NCBI GenBank assembly: GCA_013265495.1
Contig: MU058636.1
Coordinates: forward strand, 5,057,741-5,121,740
Length of the DNA: 64,000 bases
Direction: 5' to 3'
Origin: Vicugna vicugna
Lineage: Eukaryota
Below are positions 1 through 13,960 of this stretch, one piece after another. A program made the translations under genes and the position numbers. The notes below the pieces were generated by a model. It searched no databases and had not been told where the DNA came from. It worked only from the letters and a program-made list of their open reading frames with translations. Position 1 is the first letter of the stretch. Every line of letters begins with the position of its first letter.

Positions 1-1885
1 ATACTGTCTTAATGAAATGGGAAGCTCAGGATTATAATACCATGGAATGGGAAGGTGATAATATAATAATGAAAATTATGTCCAAACTTATAATTCAACA
101 CAATCTCTATCAAAATTCCAGTGAGGTGTGTTGAGGTAGAGTGGTATAGGGAGAAAGATACAAACTGATTGTAAAATTTCAGTAGAAATGTAAAGGCTAA
201 GAACAGCCAAAACCACCTTGAAGAAGAAGATGATGATGATGATGTAGTCATAGTAGGACTAGGAGTAGCAGCAGCAGAAGTCATGGTTCACAACATGCGG
301 AGGACTTAACCTACTAGATATCATACCTTCTTCCAATAATTAAGAAAGTATGAAACATAATAGAGTAGATTATGTACATATGATTTAGAACAAAAGTAAC
401 AGTTAAAAGCCATGGAGAATCTTTATAATCTTGGATTTGGCAATTATTCATAGATATGAAATCCAAAGTACAAGCAACAAAGTAAAAAACTAGATAAATT
501 GCGCTTCATCAAAGTTTAAAACTTTTGTGTATCAAAGGACAATATCAACAAAATGAAAAGGAAACCTACTGAGTGGGAGAAAATATTTGAAAATCATGTA
601 TCTGATAAGGGATTTAATATCTCAGTTATATAAAGAACACATACAATTCAATAGCAAAAATAATTTTTGTGACTAGAAAAGAGGGATAGGACCTCAAGAG
701 ACATTTTTTTCTAGAGAAGATGAACAAGTGTCCAACAATTATATGAAAAGTGCTCAACATCACTAATCAACAGGAAAATGCAAGTCAAAACCGCAGTGGG
801 ATAGCACCTCACTCCTATTACAGTGGCTAGTATAAATAAGACAAATAACAAGTGTTACTGAGGATGTGGAGAAAAGGAACCCCTCTGCACTGTTGGTGGG
901 AATGTAAATTGATGCAGCCACCATAAAAAAATAGTATGGAGGATCCTCCAAAAATTAAAAATAGGAAAAAAAATTATAAATAAAAATATGTGAACCAGTA
1001 ATTCCACATCTGGGTATTTATCCAAAGCAAATGTAAACACTAACTCAAAAAGATACCTGCATCCTCGTGTTCATTGCAGCATTATTTATAATAATCAAGA
1101 CATGGAAGCAATCTAAGTGTCCATCAGTGGATGAATGGATAAAGAAAAAGTGGTGTATATATACAGTATGTATATTTTATACATAAAAAAAGATGAAAAT
1201 GTTGTCACTTATAACAACATGGATGGACTTTGAGGATATTATGCTAAGTGAAATAAGTCAAGCAGAGAAAGATAAATACCATGTGATGTCTCTCCTGTGT
1301 GGAATCTAAAAAACACCAAATAACAATAACAAGGAAAAAACCGTGAACTTACAGATACAGAGAACAGATTGGTAGTTACCAGAGGTGGGGGATGGAGGGT
1401 GGGTGAAATGGGTAAAGGGAGTCTAAAGATACAGACTTCCAGTTATAAAATGAGTAAGTCAAAGAATTTAAGTTTAGCATCATGAGTGTAGTGATTAAAC
1501 TATAGTGTGTATTTGAAAGTTGTTGAGATAATAGATCGTACAAGTTGTCATCACAGGAGAAAAAATTGTAACTGTGTGGTGATGGGTAATAACTAGATAC
1601 ATTGTGCTGATCATTTCACTATTTATATATGTACATGCACACACTCATATATAAATATCAAATCTTCATTGTACACCTGAAACTAATGTTATATGCCAGT
1701 TATCTCTCCTTTTTAAAAAAAATTATCAATTAAAAAAAGTGTTGAAAAGTCAACCTACAGAATGGGAGAAAATATTTGCAAATCATGTACCTGATAAGAG
1801 ACTTATATCTAGACTATATAAAGAACAATTACAACTTAACAAAAAGACAACCCAATTTTTAAAAATGGGCAAAGGACCTGAGCAG
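1..1885 (+). mobile_element. Degraded, nested L1 LINE fragments (ORF2 3' end and 3'UTR)
   Basis: ORF2 C-terminal remnants (QPTEWEKIFANH..), ctaagtgtccatcagtggatgaatggataaag, 3'UTR ending in an A-rich tail at ~1735; the same ORF2 segment occurs at ~555 and ~1745. Confidence 0.9.
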
Positions 1886-1924
1886 TCATTACTATTAATA
1901 TTACTATCGTACTTTTTTTAGTTT

Positions 1925-2119
1925 TATATTTTTGTATTAAGTTATGTTCATTATTTTTTTAGACGTGATGCTATTGCACACATAATAGACTACACTATAG
2001 TGTAAACATAACTTTTCTGTGCACTGGGAAACCAAAAAATGTGTGACGTGCTTTATTGCAGTATTTGCTTTATTGCCGTTGTTTAGAACCATATCTGCAA
2101 TAATTCCGAAGTATGCCTG
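1925..2119 (+). mobile_element. Tigger1 DNA transposon 3' end
   Basis: atgctattgcacac..gtgtaaacataactttt..gcactgggaaaccaaaaaat..gtatgcctg terminus resembles the Tigger1 consensus end. Confidence 0.85.
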
Positions 2120-2524
2120 TGCTTTTCTGCCTCCTTATGCTTCAGTTTTATTATCTTCTCACCCATCTTTGAGTTTACTAATCCTCCCTTCACATTTGTC
2201 TAATCTTATGTTAAACCCATAAAATTGAATTCTTAATTGCACTTGTTACATACTTTCATTCTATAATTTCCTTATACTTTTAAAATAATAGTTGTTAGTT
2301 CTCTGCCAGAATTCTTTTGCTTCTCATAGTCGTTGAACATCCAGTTAATTATGTTAAGGTCTTTGTGTGTTAGCCTCAGCATCTGGTTCTCTTGTGGCTT
2401 TTTTTCTCATCTGTTTTTTTGCCTAATTTTTGGTCAGGTCTCATCTTGCACACATGATATTTTTGATTGAGTGGTAGACTTTGTGTACAAAAAATTTGTA
2501 GAGATAATTTGATGCTCTAGATGA

Positions 2525-2692
2525 TTTTTTAATATTTTTTTATTGAGTTATAGTCATTTTACAATGTTGTGTCAATTTCCAGTGTAGAGCACAATTTTTC
2601 AGTTATACATGAACATATATATATTCATTGTTGCATTTTTTTTTCGCTGTGAGCTACCACAAGATCTTGTATATATTTCCCTGTGCTATACA
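2525..2692 (-). mobile_element. Short 5'-truncated lineage-specific L1 3' end
   Basis: poly-T then ttgagttatagtcattttacaatgttgtgtc..ccctgtgctataca; homologous to copies at 6724 and 40505. Confidence 0.8.
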
Positions 2693-3399
2693 AGGAAATG
2701 TATAATGGTTTTATTATTCTTTCAAAGAGGATTTCTTTTTGCTTCTGACAAGCAGTCGAGCTATTGTCAAATTACATTCATTCAGTCAAGAATGCAGTGA
2801 TTGGAAGCTGGGCTTCAGTTTTTGAGAGGCTTATTTCTTTTTCTGGTCATTTTGTCTCTAGGCTGTTTTTATTTGGGACCCTTCCAAAAGTCTAGGGTGT
2901 TTAACATGGACTCTACTCTATATTAGGCTCAAAATTCTACATTTTTTTTTCTTCTAGCTCTCTGACAGTAATTGAAACATTGCTCAACCTCTCACCCTCT
3001 TTCACTTTCAGAATCAGCTATCATTTATATGAGAAAAGCAATTTTAGTACCAGACTCAAATCTCTTGATTACTGTCCTCTTTTAAAACTTTGCCCTGCAA
3101 ATTACCACTATTTGAGCTCTCTCTTGCCTTCAAACAGGTTCTTTAAAAATATTTTGTTTAGCCTTTCCATTTGTTCCAGTTGGGAACATAGAGGTTCAGA
3201 ATAACAACTCTACTCAGAAACAGAACTCCTTTTAACCCATTAGTGTATTTTATGTTATATTTGACATGTACAAAGTAATATATATAACATTTATGGAGCT
3301 TGTTTTATAATAATATAGTGAACACTCATGAACTGTTAGCTCCAGGTTTTGTTACTTTCCAAACTTTTCTTCCTGTTTCTTTCCTGCGCCAAGTAACCA

Positions 3400-4500
3400 C
3401 TTTGTTGAATTTTGGATTTGTTATTCTCTAACTAAAACAGATCATCACTTTACCATATATTTATCTTAAACAACGTACTTGTTTACTTTTACTTGTTCTT
3501 AAAGTTTATAAGAGTTATAATACACTATATATAGTCTTGGGTAACTTGATTTTATCATTACACATTTGTTTTTTGGAATAATTCTTGTTATTAAATCTAG
3601 CTGTAGTTCATTCATGTATTACTCTGCCTTATATCATTCTCTGAAGTATCTCATAATTTATTCTCTTAATGAATATTTGGAATATTTCCGTTTCGTTCCT
3701 CTTTTGACAGTGCCCTTCTGAGTGTTCTTGTAGAAGCCTCCTGATACATATGCACATGTATTTCTTTGGTTACAGTCACACGAGTGAAACTGATGAACAT
3801 TAGTGTGTAAACATTTAACTTTTCATTTTATTACTGAATTATTCTTCAAGATAGTTTTAAAACTTACTTTCTTTTCAGTAGTGTGTATCACCTGTTATTG
3901 TCAGATTTCTCGATTTTTGCCAATCTAATAGATAAAAAATAGTGTCTCAGTGTAGTCTTAATTTACATTTTCCTGGTTACTAATAAAGTTTATTTGTCTA
4001 GTCATTCATGTTGCCTCCTTTCTGAAATTCCTTTTGATGTCTTTGGCCTTTTTTTCCCTTGGGTTGTCTGTTTTTCATAGGTAATCCTTAAACTCGTTAA
4101 TATTTTTTCAGCTACATGTTGAAGTACCTTCATAAAATGCATAAAATCTCATTTATGGTATGTCTTTTTACTCCCTTCATGGTGTACTTTGAACAAAAGT
4201 TATTAATTTTAAACGTAGTAAATTTATCATTCTTTTCTTTTGTGGTTAACGCTTTTTATGTCTTGTTTAAGAAATCATTCCCTATGCCAGTGTCATAAAA
4301 ATAGTCTCCCATATGTTGTTCAGAAAGTTTTAAGGTTTTCTTTTCACACATGAAAATTTTAATCCATCTGGAATTGATATGTTTGTTTGCTTTTTTAATG
4401 CTGTGACTTAAGGATTCCATTTCTTTTTATTCTCCATTAGGATAACTAGCTTTCCCAGCAGAATTTCCTGAAGGATCTTTCCTTCTTCGCGTTGTCTGCA
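3400..4500 (-). mobile_element. Old L1M fragment (antisense)
   Basis: T-rich L1 antisense motifs (ttaatttacattttcctggttactaat, gtcttgtttaagaaatc, tttaatccatctggaattgat). Confidence 0.65.
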
Positions 4501-6024
4501 GTGCTGCCACTCATATCATGTGCAGCCTCTGTTCTTTTTCATTGCTTTGTTTGCTTATCTACAAGATGTCTTTAGGTCAAGTTTTATTTTCTCATAAAGA
4601 AAATTTTTAAATTCCTCTTACACCACTTTGTTAGGTGCTTCAGTTTTTAAAATTATGTTTAATGTTTGTGGTTGATTTGAGGAATTATTTTGTAGTTTTA
4701 GTTTTATATCCTCCTGTCTTGCTAAACTCTTCTCTTTACTTTTAATCAAAACTATGAGGAATGCCAATTTTGATTATTTTCTTATCCTTGAATATTTTAT
4801 CTCTGTATTTCTTTATATTTGTACATATGTTTTCTTAGATTTTTTTCATTGCAATTTTTTCTGTCAATTTTTGAAAGCGGTATATTCAAGTCTTCTGTGA
4901 TGATGATGTTTTTGATATTTCCTCTTTTTTAAAAATCATTTTTGTTTTGGCTTATTCTGATATATTCTGCTAGTTGTACAAATGTTCGTGTATTTTGTCT
5001 TATAATGTAAGATTAAAGAAAAGTATGTCAATATCCTGTTTACATCAGTATCCCATTTAATGCTTTTCATCTTGACTGGTATATTTGTCCATCCTGTTTT
5101 AGATTTTCTCTGTCATTGGTTTTGTTGCATCTGTTGTGGTTTTATTTTATTATTTTTTAACCTATCTGACTGACTGTTGATCTTACTTACAGATAACTTT
5201 TTTTTTCTATCTGTAAAGGTTTATGCTGATTGAATTTTTCTTTTTAATTACATATTTTAGTGGAATGCATTTTTGAATAATTGTTTCGGAATGGCTTGTA
5301 ATTTGGAAACTCTCTCTCTGTCTTGAATACTAGAATTCTATTTTTCAAGTTACTTAGCTGCAGAAAATTCAGAACGTTGGTTTTTGGCATCTAGTCTTGC
5401 CGCCAAGATATCTGAAGTTGATCTGGTCCTTGTTCCTTTTTTTGGTACATTCCCCCCTGGAAGCGTTTGGATTTTTTGGATACTGTTACTTCAGAAATTT
5501 CATCAGTTATGTTTCTAATATGATTCTTTTCTCATTGTTTCCACTTCATCTTCTGAAAGCACTTCTCAACTGAAGAATTGATTTTTCAGCTATGTGAACA
5601 CAGTTCTGTGTGTTTGGGGAGTTTGCCTTCTGGATATTTGGGCTACCTATCCTGTTGCCAGAGAGTTACCTGAGGTGCTGTTTGATTTCTGTAGTCTGCC
5701 TCTTAGAAATCACTCATGTCAAGTGGAGGTAAAAATGTGATCTCCAGTATTCTAGGATTGGGTTCTGCTTTTTTGTCACCTTAATTTCCTGGCTGCTACT
5801 GCAAATTCACATCTCTTGATATCAGTTTATCATCTGAGGGTTATATTCTGTGATTATGCTGAAAAAAATGACACTTTGGAGGGTGTTTTCTTCTGTCCTT
5901 TTATGGAGATGTAAGCTCTCTAGCTCTGTTAATTTCTTTTCTGTATATTTTTGTTATTCAAATTTTTCCTATGGTTTTGGTTTTCTTTCAGACCCCTTTT
6001 GTTTTCCAGCCCGGCTAACTGGGA

Positions 6025-6047
6025 TGTGTGTGTGTGTGTGTGTGTGT
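6025..6047. repeat. (TG)n microsatellite
   Basis: direct reading. Confidence 0.95.
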
Positions 6048-6177
6048 ATGTTACCATTTTGGTCAGATTAGGTAGGAATATACTACTGTGTGTTTTCTGT
6101 TACTTCAGCTGCAAAACTGTATAATTTTTCCCTGCTCAAGATTTTTTGCATCTACCTATCCCTTTGTTTAAGAATGG

Positions 6178-6404
6178 CAGCTGACCCTTGAGCAACATGG
6201 GGGTTAAAGGTGCCAGCCTTTAGCGTAGTGGAAATTCTAGAATAGTTTATAGTCAACCCTCTGAATGAGGTTCCTCCCTATCCAAGGGGCGTCCACTATT
6301 CAACCAACTGTGGATTGCACATTACTGTAGTATGTGTGTATTTAAAAATCCACACGTAATTGGACCTGTACAGTTCAAATTTGTCTTGTTCAAGAGTCGA
6401 TTGT
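6178..6404. mobile_element. TcMar-Tigger MITE (Tigger2-related)
   Basis: terminal inverted repeats cagctgacccttgagcaac ... gttcaagagtcgattg followed by TA. Confidence 0.75.
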
Positions 6405-6723
6405 AAGCTTTTTGGCTCCATTGATTTTTATCCTAGTCCTTGCCAGCTGCCTTAAATAACTGAAACATTAATCTTAAAGGGGGAGAGGGTGATGAGTAAG
6501 GAAGTATATTTAAGTGGTTAAAGTCAGTCCTACCTCACACCTAGAAAGAACCAACTGATTATGGAGGTATATGGTGTATATATGGTGCTGGTGAAGACGT
6601 ACCTTTCAGCCTTTTTGAGTGAGTAACAGAAAACATAGTCATATATAATGACTGTCACTGCAGAAGATAAAGATTTCATTCATTTTCTAAATAGTTAAAC
6701 AGGAGAATTTGTATTTATGTTTT

Positions 6724-6842
6724 TTTTTACATTTTTTTTGATTCATAATCATTTTACAGTGTTGTGTCAAATTCCAGTGTTCAGCACAATTTTTCAGTCA
6801 TTCATGGACATATACACACTCATTGTCACATTTTTTTCTCTG
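6724..6842 (-). mobile_element. Young L1 3'-end fragment with target-site duplication
   Basis: TSD tgtatttatgtttt at 6710-6723 and 6843-6856; poly-T head. Confidence 0.85.
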
Positions 6843-6878
6843 TGTATTTATGTTTTAAAGTCCTTAATTTTTGTTTAG

Positions 6879-6947
6879 CTTCCAGGAAAAAAGACAACTA
6901 AACTTTGGGTTCCAGATGAAGAAGTTTCACCTGAGACAATGGTCAAA
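6879..6947 (+). CDS. PDS5B: PDS5B coding exon (LPGKKTTKLWVPDEEVSPETMVK), first exon in window
   Basis: ttgtttag| acceptor, |gtgagt donor, 69 nt, phase 0/0; peptide recognised as PDS5B HEAT-repeat region. Confidence 0.96.
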
Positions 6948-8354
6948 GTGAGTGATGTGCATAGATCTGTTGATTTTAATATATTTAATATACTGTATTA
7001 GTTTTACAGGGGTTAAAATACGTATTTTTGTTATAGTTTCAGCTATTAAAATCAATCAAGTTTTTATATTTATTGTATGACATTATCCTCTGTGTTGTGA
7101 AAGTGTAGGGCAATGATGGGAAACCTGAGGCCTGTGGACAGCTACACACAATATAGTTTGAAAAGAAAAAAAGAGTTTGAAAACTTCCTCCATGTTGCTG
7201 CTTCCAAGATATTAGCCTTTTAATGGCAGAAGACAGTGCTGCTTTTATTATGTACCTTCTCCTGTTGAGTAAAAATGGTCATCCAGGTTTTAAGACGATT
7301 CATCTTTTCCATGAGATTTGATAAACCTTTTATTTTGATTTTTTTAATTCAACCTCTTATTCCTTGAGTTTAGGAGTTACACATAAAAGATTGCTCATCA
7401 TTAGTATAGACAGCATTACTTTACTAAAACCATCTGTAGTCTATAATGTATACCTCATCTTAATCCACTGCCCAGAGTTCGAAGACCAGGAACAAATATA
7501 TTAAATATTGTTTTTTTCTAATTGTAATTTCTTGTAAGTCATTTCAGGATGTGTGTGTGTTTGTTTATATTTTATATTATGAACTACTTTGTCACATAAT
7601 TACAGCTTCAGATTCTGATAACTCTCCCTGTAGACTTGGAGGGCAGCCTTTCCTTTAGCATCTTTGATTGATGCTTGATGCTTTTGAGTTCCAGTATAAA
7701 CCTGTTTTCTCAGCATTGGCCTCCAGCAGCAGTTTTCTATGGTTGAGCAACACTGCACTAGAAGGCAGGCTGCCTGCACTTAAGTTCATGCTTACAAAGT
7801 GGCCCAGAAAAGGGATCTTAAGAGTGTCAGATACATACCACTACCCATTTAGCTCCTGAGCCTCCAATCTGTAAAAAATTATGATATGTGAAAGAGATAA
7901 TATGCACCATTTCGAAAATGGTTGTTGCACACATTATAGGCAGTAACAGGTTTTAAAGTGTTTAAGTACTTCATAATTATAAAATGTGTTACAAATACAA
8001 GGTGATATCATTGCTCAGGCACAAAAGATTGAATATAATTTGCTCTTGGGAAACTTTCTGACTAGAGAAGCTAGCATGATTTTTCTGTAGGTTCTAGAGG
8101 ATAGAGTGTATGCTAGGGAAATACTGGAAAAAAAAAAAAAAGCAAAAACAACCAGTTTTTAGATAAGTCATTCATTTGTCAGTTGCTTAGGGAGTGAGAC
8201 ATCTTTAATTTAAAACATATGCAGAAAATAATAATTCTTCTTTTCTTTTCTAAAAAAGCATCCATTATAAAAACATTTATTCATTTTTTAAGGCTGATAC
8301 AGAATTTCTTTAAATTATAACAATGTTTTATTTGTCAATTTGTATTTTAAATAG

Positions 8355-8491
8355 ATTCAGGCTATTAAAATGATGGTTCGATGGCTACTTGGAATGAAAA
8401 ATAATCACAGTAAATCAGGAACTTCTACTTTAAGATTGCTCACAACGATATTGCATAGTGATGGAGACTTGACAGAACAGGGGAAAATTAG
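8355..8491 (+). CDS. PDS5B: PDS5B coding exon ([46 protein letters not shown])
   Basis: aatag| acceptor, |gtatgt donor, 137 nt; overlaps ORF 8370..8597. Confidence 0.97.
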
Positions 8492-8937
8492 GTATGTAAT
8501 TACTGCCTTAGAGTTCTTTAGATTGCACAGTATTTCAGCACCTTGTGTGATTGTTAATGGTGGTTTCTTTTTGAAAAAGTATGTAGTATTATTTTGAAGG
8601 TATGTTATATTTTTATTATAATATGACTTTGTATAGTTAGTTACTTCAAAATGGCCATACATATGTCTGGTGCAGGGTACTGCTGTATACTCGAAATATT
8701 TTGAACAATAGATGTTTACTTTTTTTATTATCTAATGTGAAAATGTTAGTGTACCAATCAATAACTGATGTTATACATTCTGGTTAATATCTAAAGGAAA
8801 AAGGATGGACTGGATAGAAGGCAGCTTATTGAATCTATTTCTAGAAGTATAAATATATGCAAATTTTTAAAAGTGTACTTGATTCCAATTATTTGAAACA
8901 CACATACTTTTGTTTGTTTCATTTGAAAGTTTTAAGT

Positions 8938-9160
8938 ATAGTATAGTGATTGAAAACAAGGACTCTGGAGCCCAGATTCAAATCGTGGCACCATCACTTA
9001 CTAGCTAGGTGGCCTTCAGCAAGTTACTTGAACCTCTCTGTACCTCAGTTTTCTCATCTATTAAAACAGAGATGATGATGATACCTATTTCTTCTAGCTA
9101 TTATGATAATCAAGTAAGTTGGTATATTTAATGTATTTTTTTAAAGCACTGCCCAGCACA
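8938..9160 (+). mobile_element. MIR SINE
   Basis: core gcaagttacttgaacctctctgtacctcagttttctcatct. Confidence 0.85.
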
Positions 9161-10819
9161 GAGTGATCAGAGGTATTGATGGTGGTAGTGGTTATTATGT
9201 CAAGGTTGGCTAAAATTTAGACATTTTTCCAGTTTGAAAACACAAGTGCCATTTATTGCCTCTTATTAATAATAAAAAATGAGTGTAACTTTTCCCCCTT
9301 AGTATATCCAACTTTCTTTAAGACAAAATATAACCAGTGACTACCAGCTGCTTTGTCTCTTTCCATCCTGTTTTGCTCATCCTGTATTTTTTGTGTAGGA
9401 TGGTAACAGTAGTAGCACATTTTTCTCAAACAAATCAAATAAAAAGAAAACTTTGAAAACCATGTGTAATTCATTTATTTACCTTCTTTCAGTTTAATTA
9501 GTTGTCTTCCCCTTCTACTTTGTAATTTATGTGCTAGCGTTCAGGATTTATATAATTGGAGAAAAAAATTTCCTTAGTATTAATACATTTTGTCTCTTAA
9601 ACTTGTTAATTGCATTATTTATGTGCCTATTTAGATCTCATCTCACCTGTTTTTATTCTTAGTGTTTAACAAAATCAAATGTGTACTTGAGTTCTACAAA
9701 TGAATGTGAATTGTATTTGTTCTGCATTGCTAAGCAAGACTTTATATAGAAACCTGATCTTCAAAACGTAGTTGTAAAGCGTCTAATTATAACTATTTTT
9801 TATTTATACTAAATAAACTGCAACAGGAAAATCAGACCTTCCTTAGCAGTGGTTGAGTGATTTACCTTATAATAACTACTTGGAATATTACTATTGGTAA
9901 ACTAAAAAAGCACCTCTAGGACATGTAACTTCAGAACTGTATTAATGCTGGTGTGCATTCAGTCAGTATTTTTACATAATCCTTCAAAAGGTAAAGGAAG
10001 AGACTTAAACCAAGTGAACCATTAGATCTTAGAAGACTAAGACTTGCCTTTAAGTCCCTCTCAGTACTGTACATATGATAGACGCATATTTGTTGTATGA
10101 GCATTAACTAATGGCGCTTTACTATGGACATAGGGGGTCCTAATTAAGGAGTTATAACTTTCCCTCACATTAGTCCAGGATCCCTATAATTTTTTTCAAG
10201 ATCCCTGTAATTCATGTAATATGTCACTATATTAGGAAGGATTGATTAGATATATTAACCAATCAAGAATTTCCTAATTGTTGAAGTATGTCCCATTTAG
10301 CAAAAAAGTTTCTTTCCTTAAACTTAAAAAGAGGCTCTTAGTAATATTTTAAAACTTGAATTCTAGCTAAAAATAGGAGTGTTTTATCCACTACACCTGT
10401 TTTCTTCTTTTGTACTTAGCACCATAGTTTTTGTTGACAGATTAGCAGGTTGTAGAACATTTGTATGCATAATCTATAAGTAAACACATTTATCAAAAAA
10501 AAAAACCCATAGTGGAAGTCTTAGAATCGAACAACTAAACGTACAGATAGATTTGCTCTAGGCTTGGCTAAAAGCTATTTTGTGTAGACAGAGAATTAAA
10601 TGACTAGCATAGACTGATGTTCAGGAGAAGAATTTTGTAGTATTAGATACCATCTTCTAAAAGTTAAGTAAACATAATATGGTTTTCAATATCAAATTGT
10701 TTCCTACCCCCCCTTTTTTCTGTCAGAGGAATTTTTATAAAATTAGATATACAAAGTAGGAATGTTTTTGTGTAGACAGTTAGAAATCTAACTTACATTC
10801 TTCCTTGCTTATTTTTCAG

Positions 10820-10943
10820 TAAACCAGATATGTCACGCCTGAGACTTGCTGCTGGGAGTGCTATTGTGAAGCTGGCACAAGAACCCTGTTACCATGAAAT
10901 TATCACATTAGAACAGTATCAGCTATGTGCGTTAGCTATCAAT
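10820..10943 (+). CDS. PDS5B: PDS5B coding exon ([41 protein letters not shown])
   Basis: ttttcag| acceptor, |gtaagg donor, 124 nt; frame continuous with neighbouring exons. Confidence 0.97.
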
Positions 10944-11122
10944 GTAAGGAAAATGGCTGTGTAGAACATGACTTTGTTTGGTCTTTGACTTTTAGGAAGA
11001 AAAAGTCCACCATGATACAGAGAGAAAAATCATGAATGTTTGTGTCTCCTTTTGGAAAATTTATATATGAGACCATTTCAGAGTTGTAAAACTGTCATTT
11101 GAGTTTTGGGTTGCTAACATAG

Positions 11123-11632
11123 TACAATTAGTTCTCGTTACTTGCAGTAGTTCTGTTCTATGAAGTCACCCCAAGCACTGAATAAGCCAATATTCAACCA
11201 GTGCTCACAGGGACATTAACACTGAACTCATGTCCAGCAGCACTGTAACTCATGCCTGCAGAAAGCTAATGTGACACGTATTTTCTCCATAAGGCACATC
11301 ACAGCCTTCTTGCTCTTAGGAACACTAACCAGCACTTCAGCACTATGCTTAGGAGCTATTTTAAACAACAAAATAACCAACAAAAAGTACAGAATTGTGA
11401 GAAATGTGGCACTAAATAGACTACCAAAAGGACACTTGTTAATGAGAGTTGAAACAGTAAGGGAGAACATTGCCCTGTGTGACCTCAGCCAGCACACATG
11501 TCAGGCAACTCAAATTTTTGCTGCTCGCAAATGACCATGGAAGTGCAGCAAGTAGTGTTTGGGGTTTACAGATAAGTTTTAGTGAATAGGTGAATTCACA
11601 AATTTATAATGTGTGAATAATAAGGATTGAAT
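11123..11632 (-). mobile_element. TcMar-Tigger element (MER82-like)
   Basis: transposase N-terminal remnant (APKHSAEVL..KKAVMCLMEKIRV) on minus strand; homologous to the copy at 63380-63997. Confidence 0.8.
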
Positions 11633-12829
11633 GGATTAGTTCTTGAAAGGAAATGTGTAGATATTTATAGTTTTATAAAGACATGGTATAGGTTAATTTT
11701 ACGTCAGAGGCATTCTTTATTACTCAGAGAGTTAGAATTTTAAATTATTAACAGTGCTACTAATGGATTCATACTCCAGCCTTGTGGATTTCATATTAGA
11801 GTGCTATAATATTTATTGCTTTACAAGTTTTTAGCATAACTAAGAAAATTAAAGAAAAAGAACTTTTATAATAGTAAATACGATATTCCATTATGGATTT
11901 TTCATTTATAATTTAGTTATTTTACACTTAGTTTTCCTGTTCTTTTCCGTGCAGTCTAATTTATAAGAATTTGGCATTTATTTCAGAGATTTTAATTTTT
12001 CTCTCCACTCCTCTCTTCCTTCTGTTGCTTGTTGCTGCATATGTATAACCCCTAGACATAAACAATCATCTGTTTTTAAATTGTAATCATTTTGCCAATT
12101 TCTGGTACTTCAGGCTTTAAAACAGCTATTCCAAATCCTGTTTATTATGATTTATTTTAATTTTGGTGGTGTTATTCAGATATTATACAATTGGAAGAAT
12201 AACATTGGGAGAACCCATAATTTCCCTGTTTAGTCTTCCCCTTTAATTTTGGAGAAAATCTTACTTTGCAATAAAGTAATAATTGTCTTAAAAGTATATA
12301 TTAAGTTTCTTAGCAAACAGCCTATGTAATTACTGTTTTCCAATTGGCAGTACCTGCAGTTGATTTATCAGATTCTTGGTTTAGCATTTCTTAAGGTATT
12401 GGTGCTGTCAGTTGTGAAGTAGAAATTTAAGAAAAAAGGAAGAAAGTATGGAAATATGTCCAAAGAGATGGGCTTTGTTTGAAACTCCTTAAGTATAATA
12501 AGTACGCGCACATCATTGGTTTAATGTCCACTATGTACAAAAAGCATGCACACTGGCCAGCTTTTGGAGGCTTTCTTGTCTAGCACACTATTTGTTATAT
12601 ATTATTACCTCAGTCACCAAATTCCCAAGGTGAAAGTTGAGATTGCCTGAGTTTAAAGATTGTTTTGGAATTCTGTTGACTGTGGAACATGTGTTAGTGA
12701 TTAAAAGTTAATTATTAGCACATTCTCACAACTTACAAACCTATGAGGTTATCATATTCTAAACAGAACTTTTCCTAATTCTGCTACTGCTTTAAACCAT
12801 ACACCCATCTCTTCTTTTTAAACTTCGAA

Positions 12830-13960
12830 ACCTCAAGAAAGAGTAATCTCTTTACCTCTTATCCTCTCATTCCTCATCTTTTGGCATTTGCCTTTACTGT
12901 TTTCTGAAAATGCTCTATTAAAGTCCCCAGATCCAATGATCTTAATCTTCATGGTACATGTCCTTTTTGCATCATTTGACACAACTCATTGTGCCTTTAT
13001 TCTAGAAACGCTCATCTTTGGTCTTTGTTTCCTGATTGTTGTCATATTTCTCTGACTACATTTTCTGGCCCTTCTCTTCTCCTTTAAAGATATGTTCTGT
13101 GAGGATTTGTTCATGACCAACTTTTCCACTTGCACATTCTTGTTTGGCCATGTCATTTTCTATTCTTCTTTGGCCATGTAACTCCTATTCTAGCAACATT
13201 AACTTTTCTTTTCAAGTCTCTGGTCCAATGCTAAACAGAAATTTCAAACTTTCATGTATTGTTAATGTAGGACCAAATGCATACTCTATTCTTTTCTGAC
13301 ATGTAGAACCTCACAGTAAGCATCAAATAAATATGAATGTCATTTCTTCGATCTAAAAACATAATTTACATTTGACCATTTGCTTGCACTTAACCTTGCT
13401 GCAAAAGTGCAGATTATTAATACATACCATCTTAACCATACTTCCTGCTGTAACCCTCATTAGCTCTCACCTATACTATTGTCAGACTTTCTCTTTCGTT
13501 GACTACATTTCCATATTACAGTTCTGATCATGTTATTCCCCTGGTCAAAAATACGTAGAGGCTTATACTCCTAAGAAAGAAAAAAATCACATCTATTTTA
13601 TAACTTGCCATACAAGCCCCTCTAATATTTGGACGCAGATATACATCTTAAAATTTTGTTTAGCACACTACCCCCTACGTACTCTCATTTCTGTGAATCT
13701 GAGCAATTTTTTTTTCTTTTATGTACTTGTAGTTTGCTGCCTCTAGTTTTCTTCTCACCTCTCATTTCTACACATCCAGATCCAATCCTTTCTGCAAATC
13801 AACGCTCAGATGCAGTCTTCTCCACAAAACTTAGTTATTCTTGTAGCTGGTCTCCTTTTGATCCCCTACAGATTTTACCTGTAGTCCTCTGATACATACA
13901 TGACTTGTGCTTAGATATTTATATGCCTGTGGTTTATTTTTCTTAACTTGAGTTGAACTC
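12830..13960. mobile_element. Degraded L2 LINE fragments
   Basis: pyrimidine-rich L2-type motifs (catttgacac, tctgatcatgttattcccctg, ctcagatgc..ttctcc). Confidence 0.5.

Noticed and set aside
9..284. ORF with poly-Ser (MTSAAATPSPTMTTSSSS...)
   Set aside because: Antisense reading of a GAA/GAT/GTA/GCA trinucleotide mosaic inside a decayed L1
11228..11534. Overlapping ORFs with a hydrophobic, signal-like stretch
   Set aside because: Lie inside a Tigger-family element; only a transposase remnant
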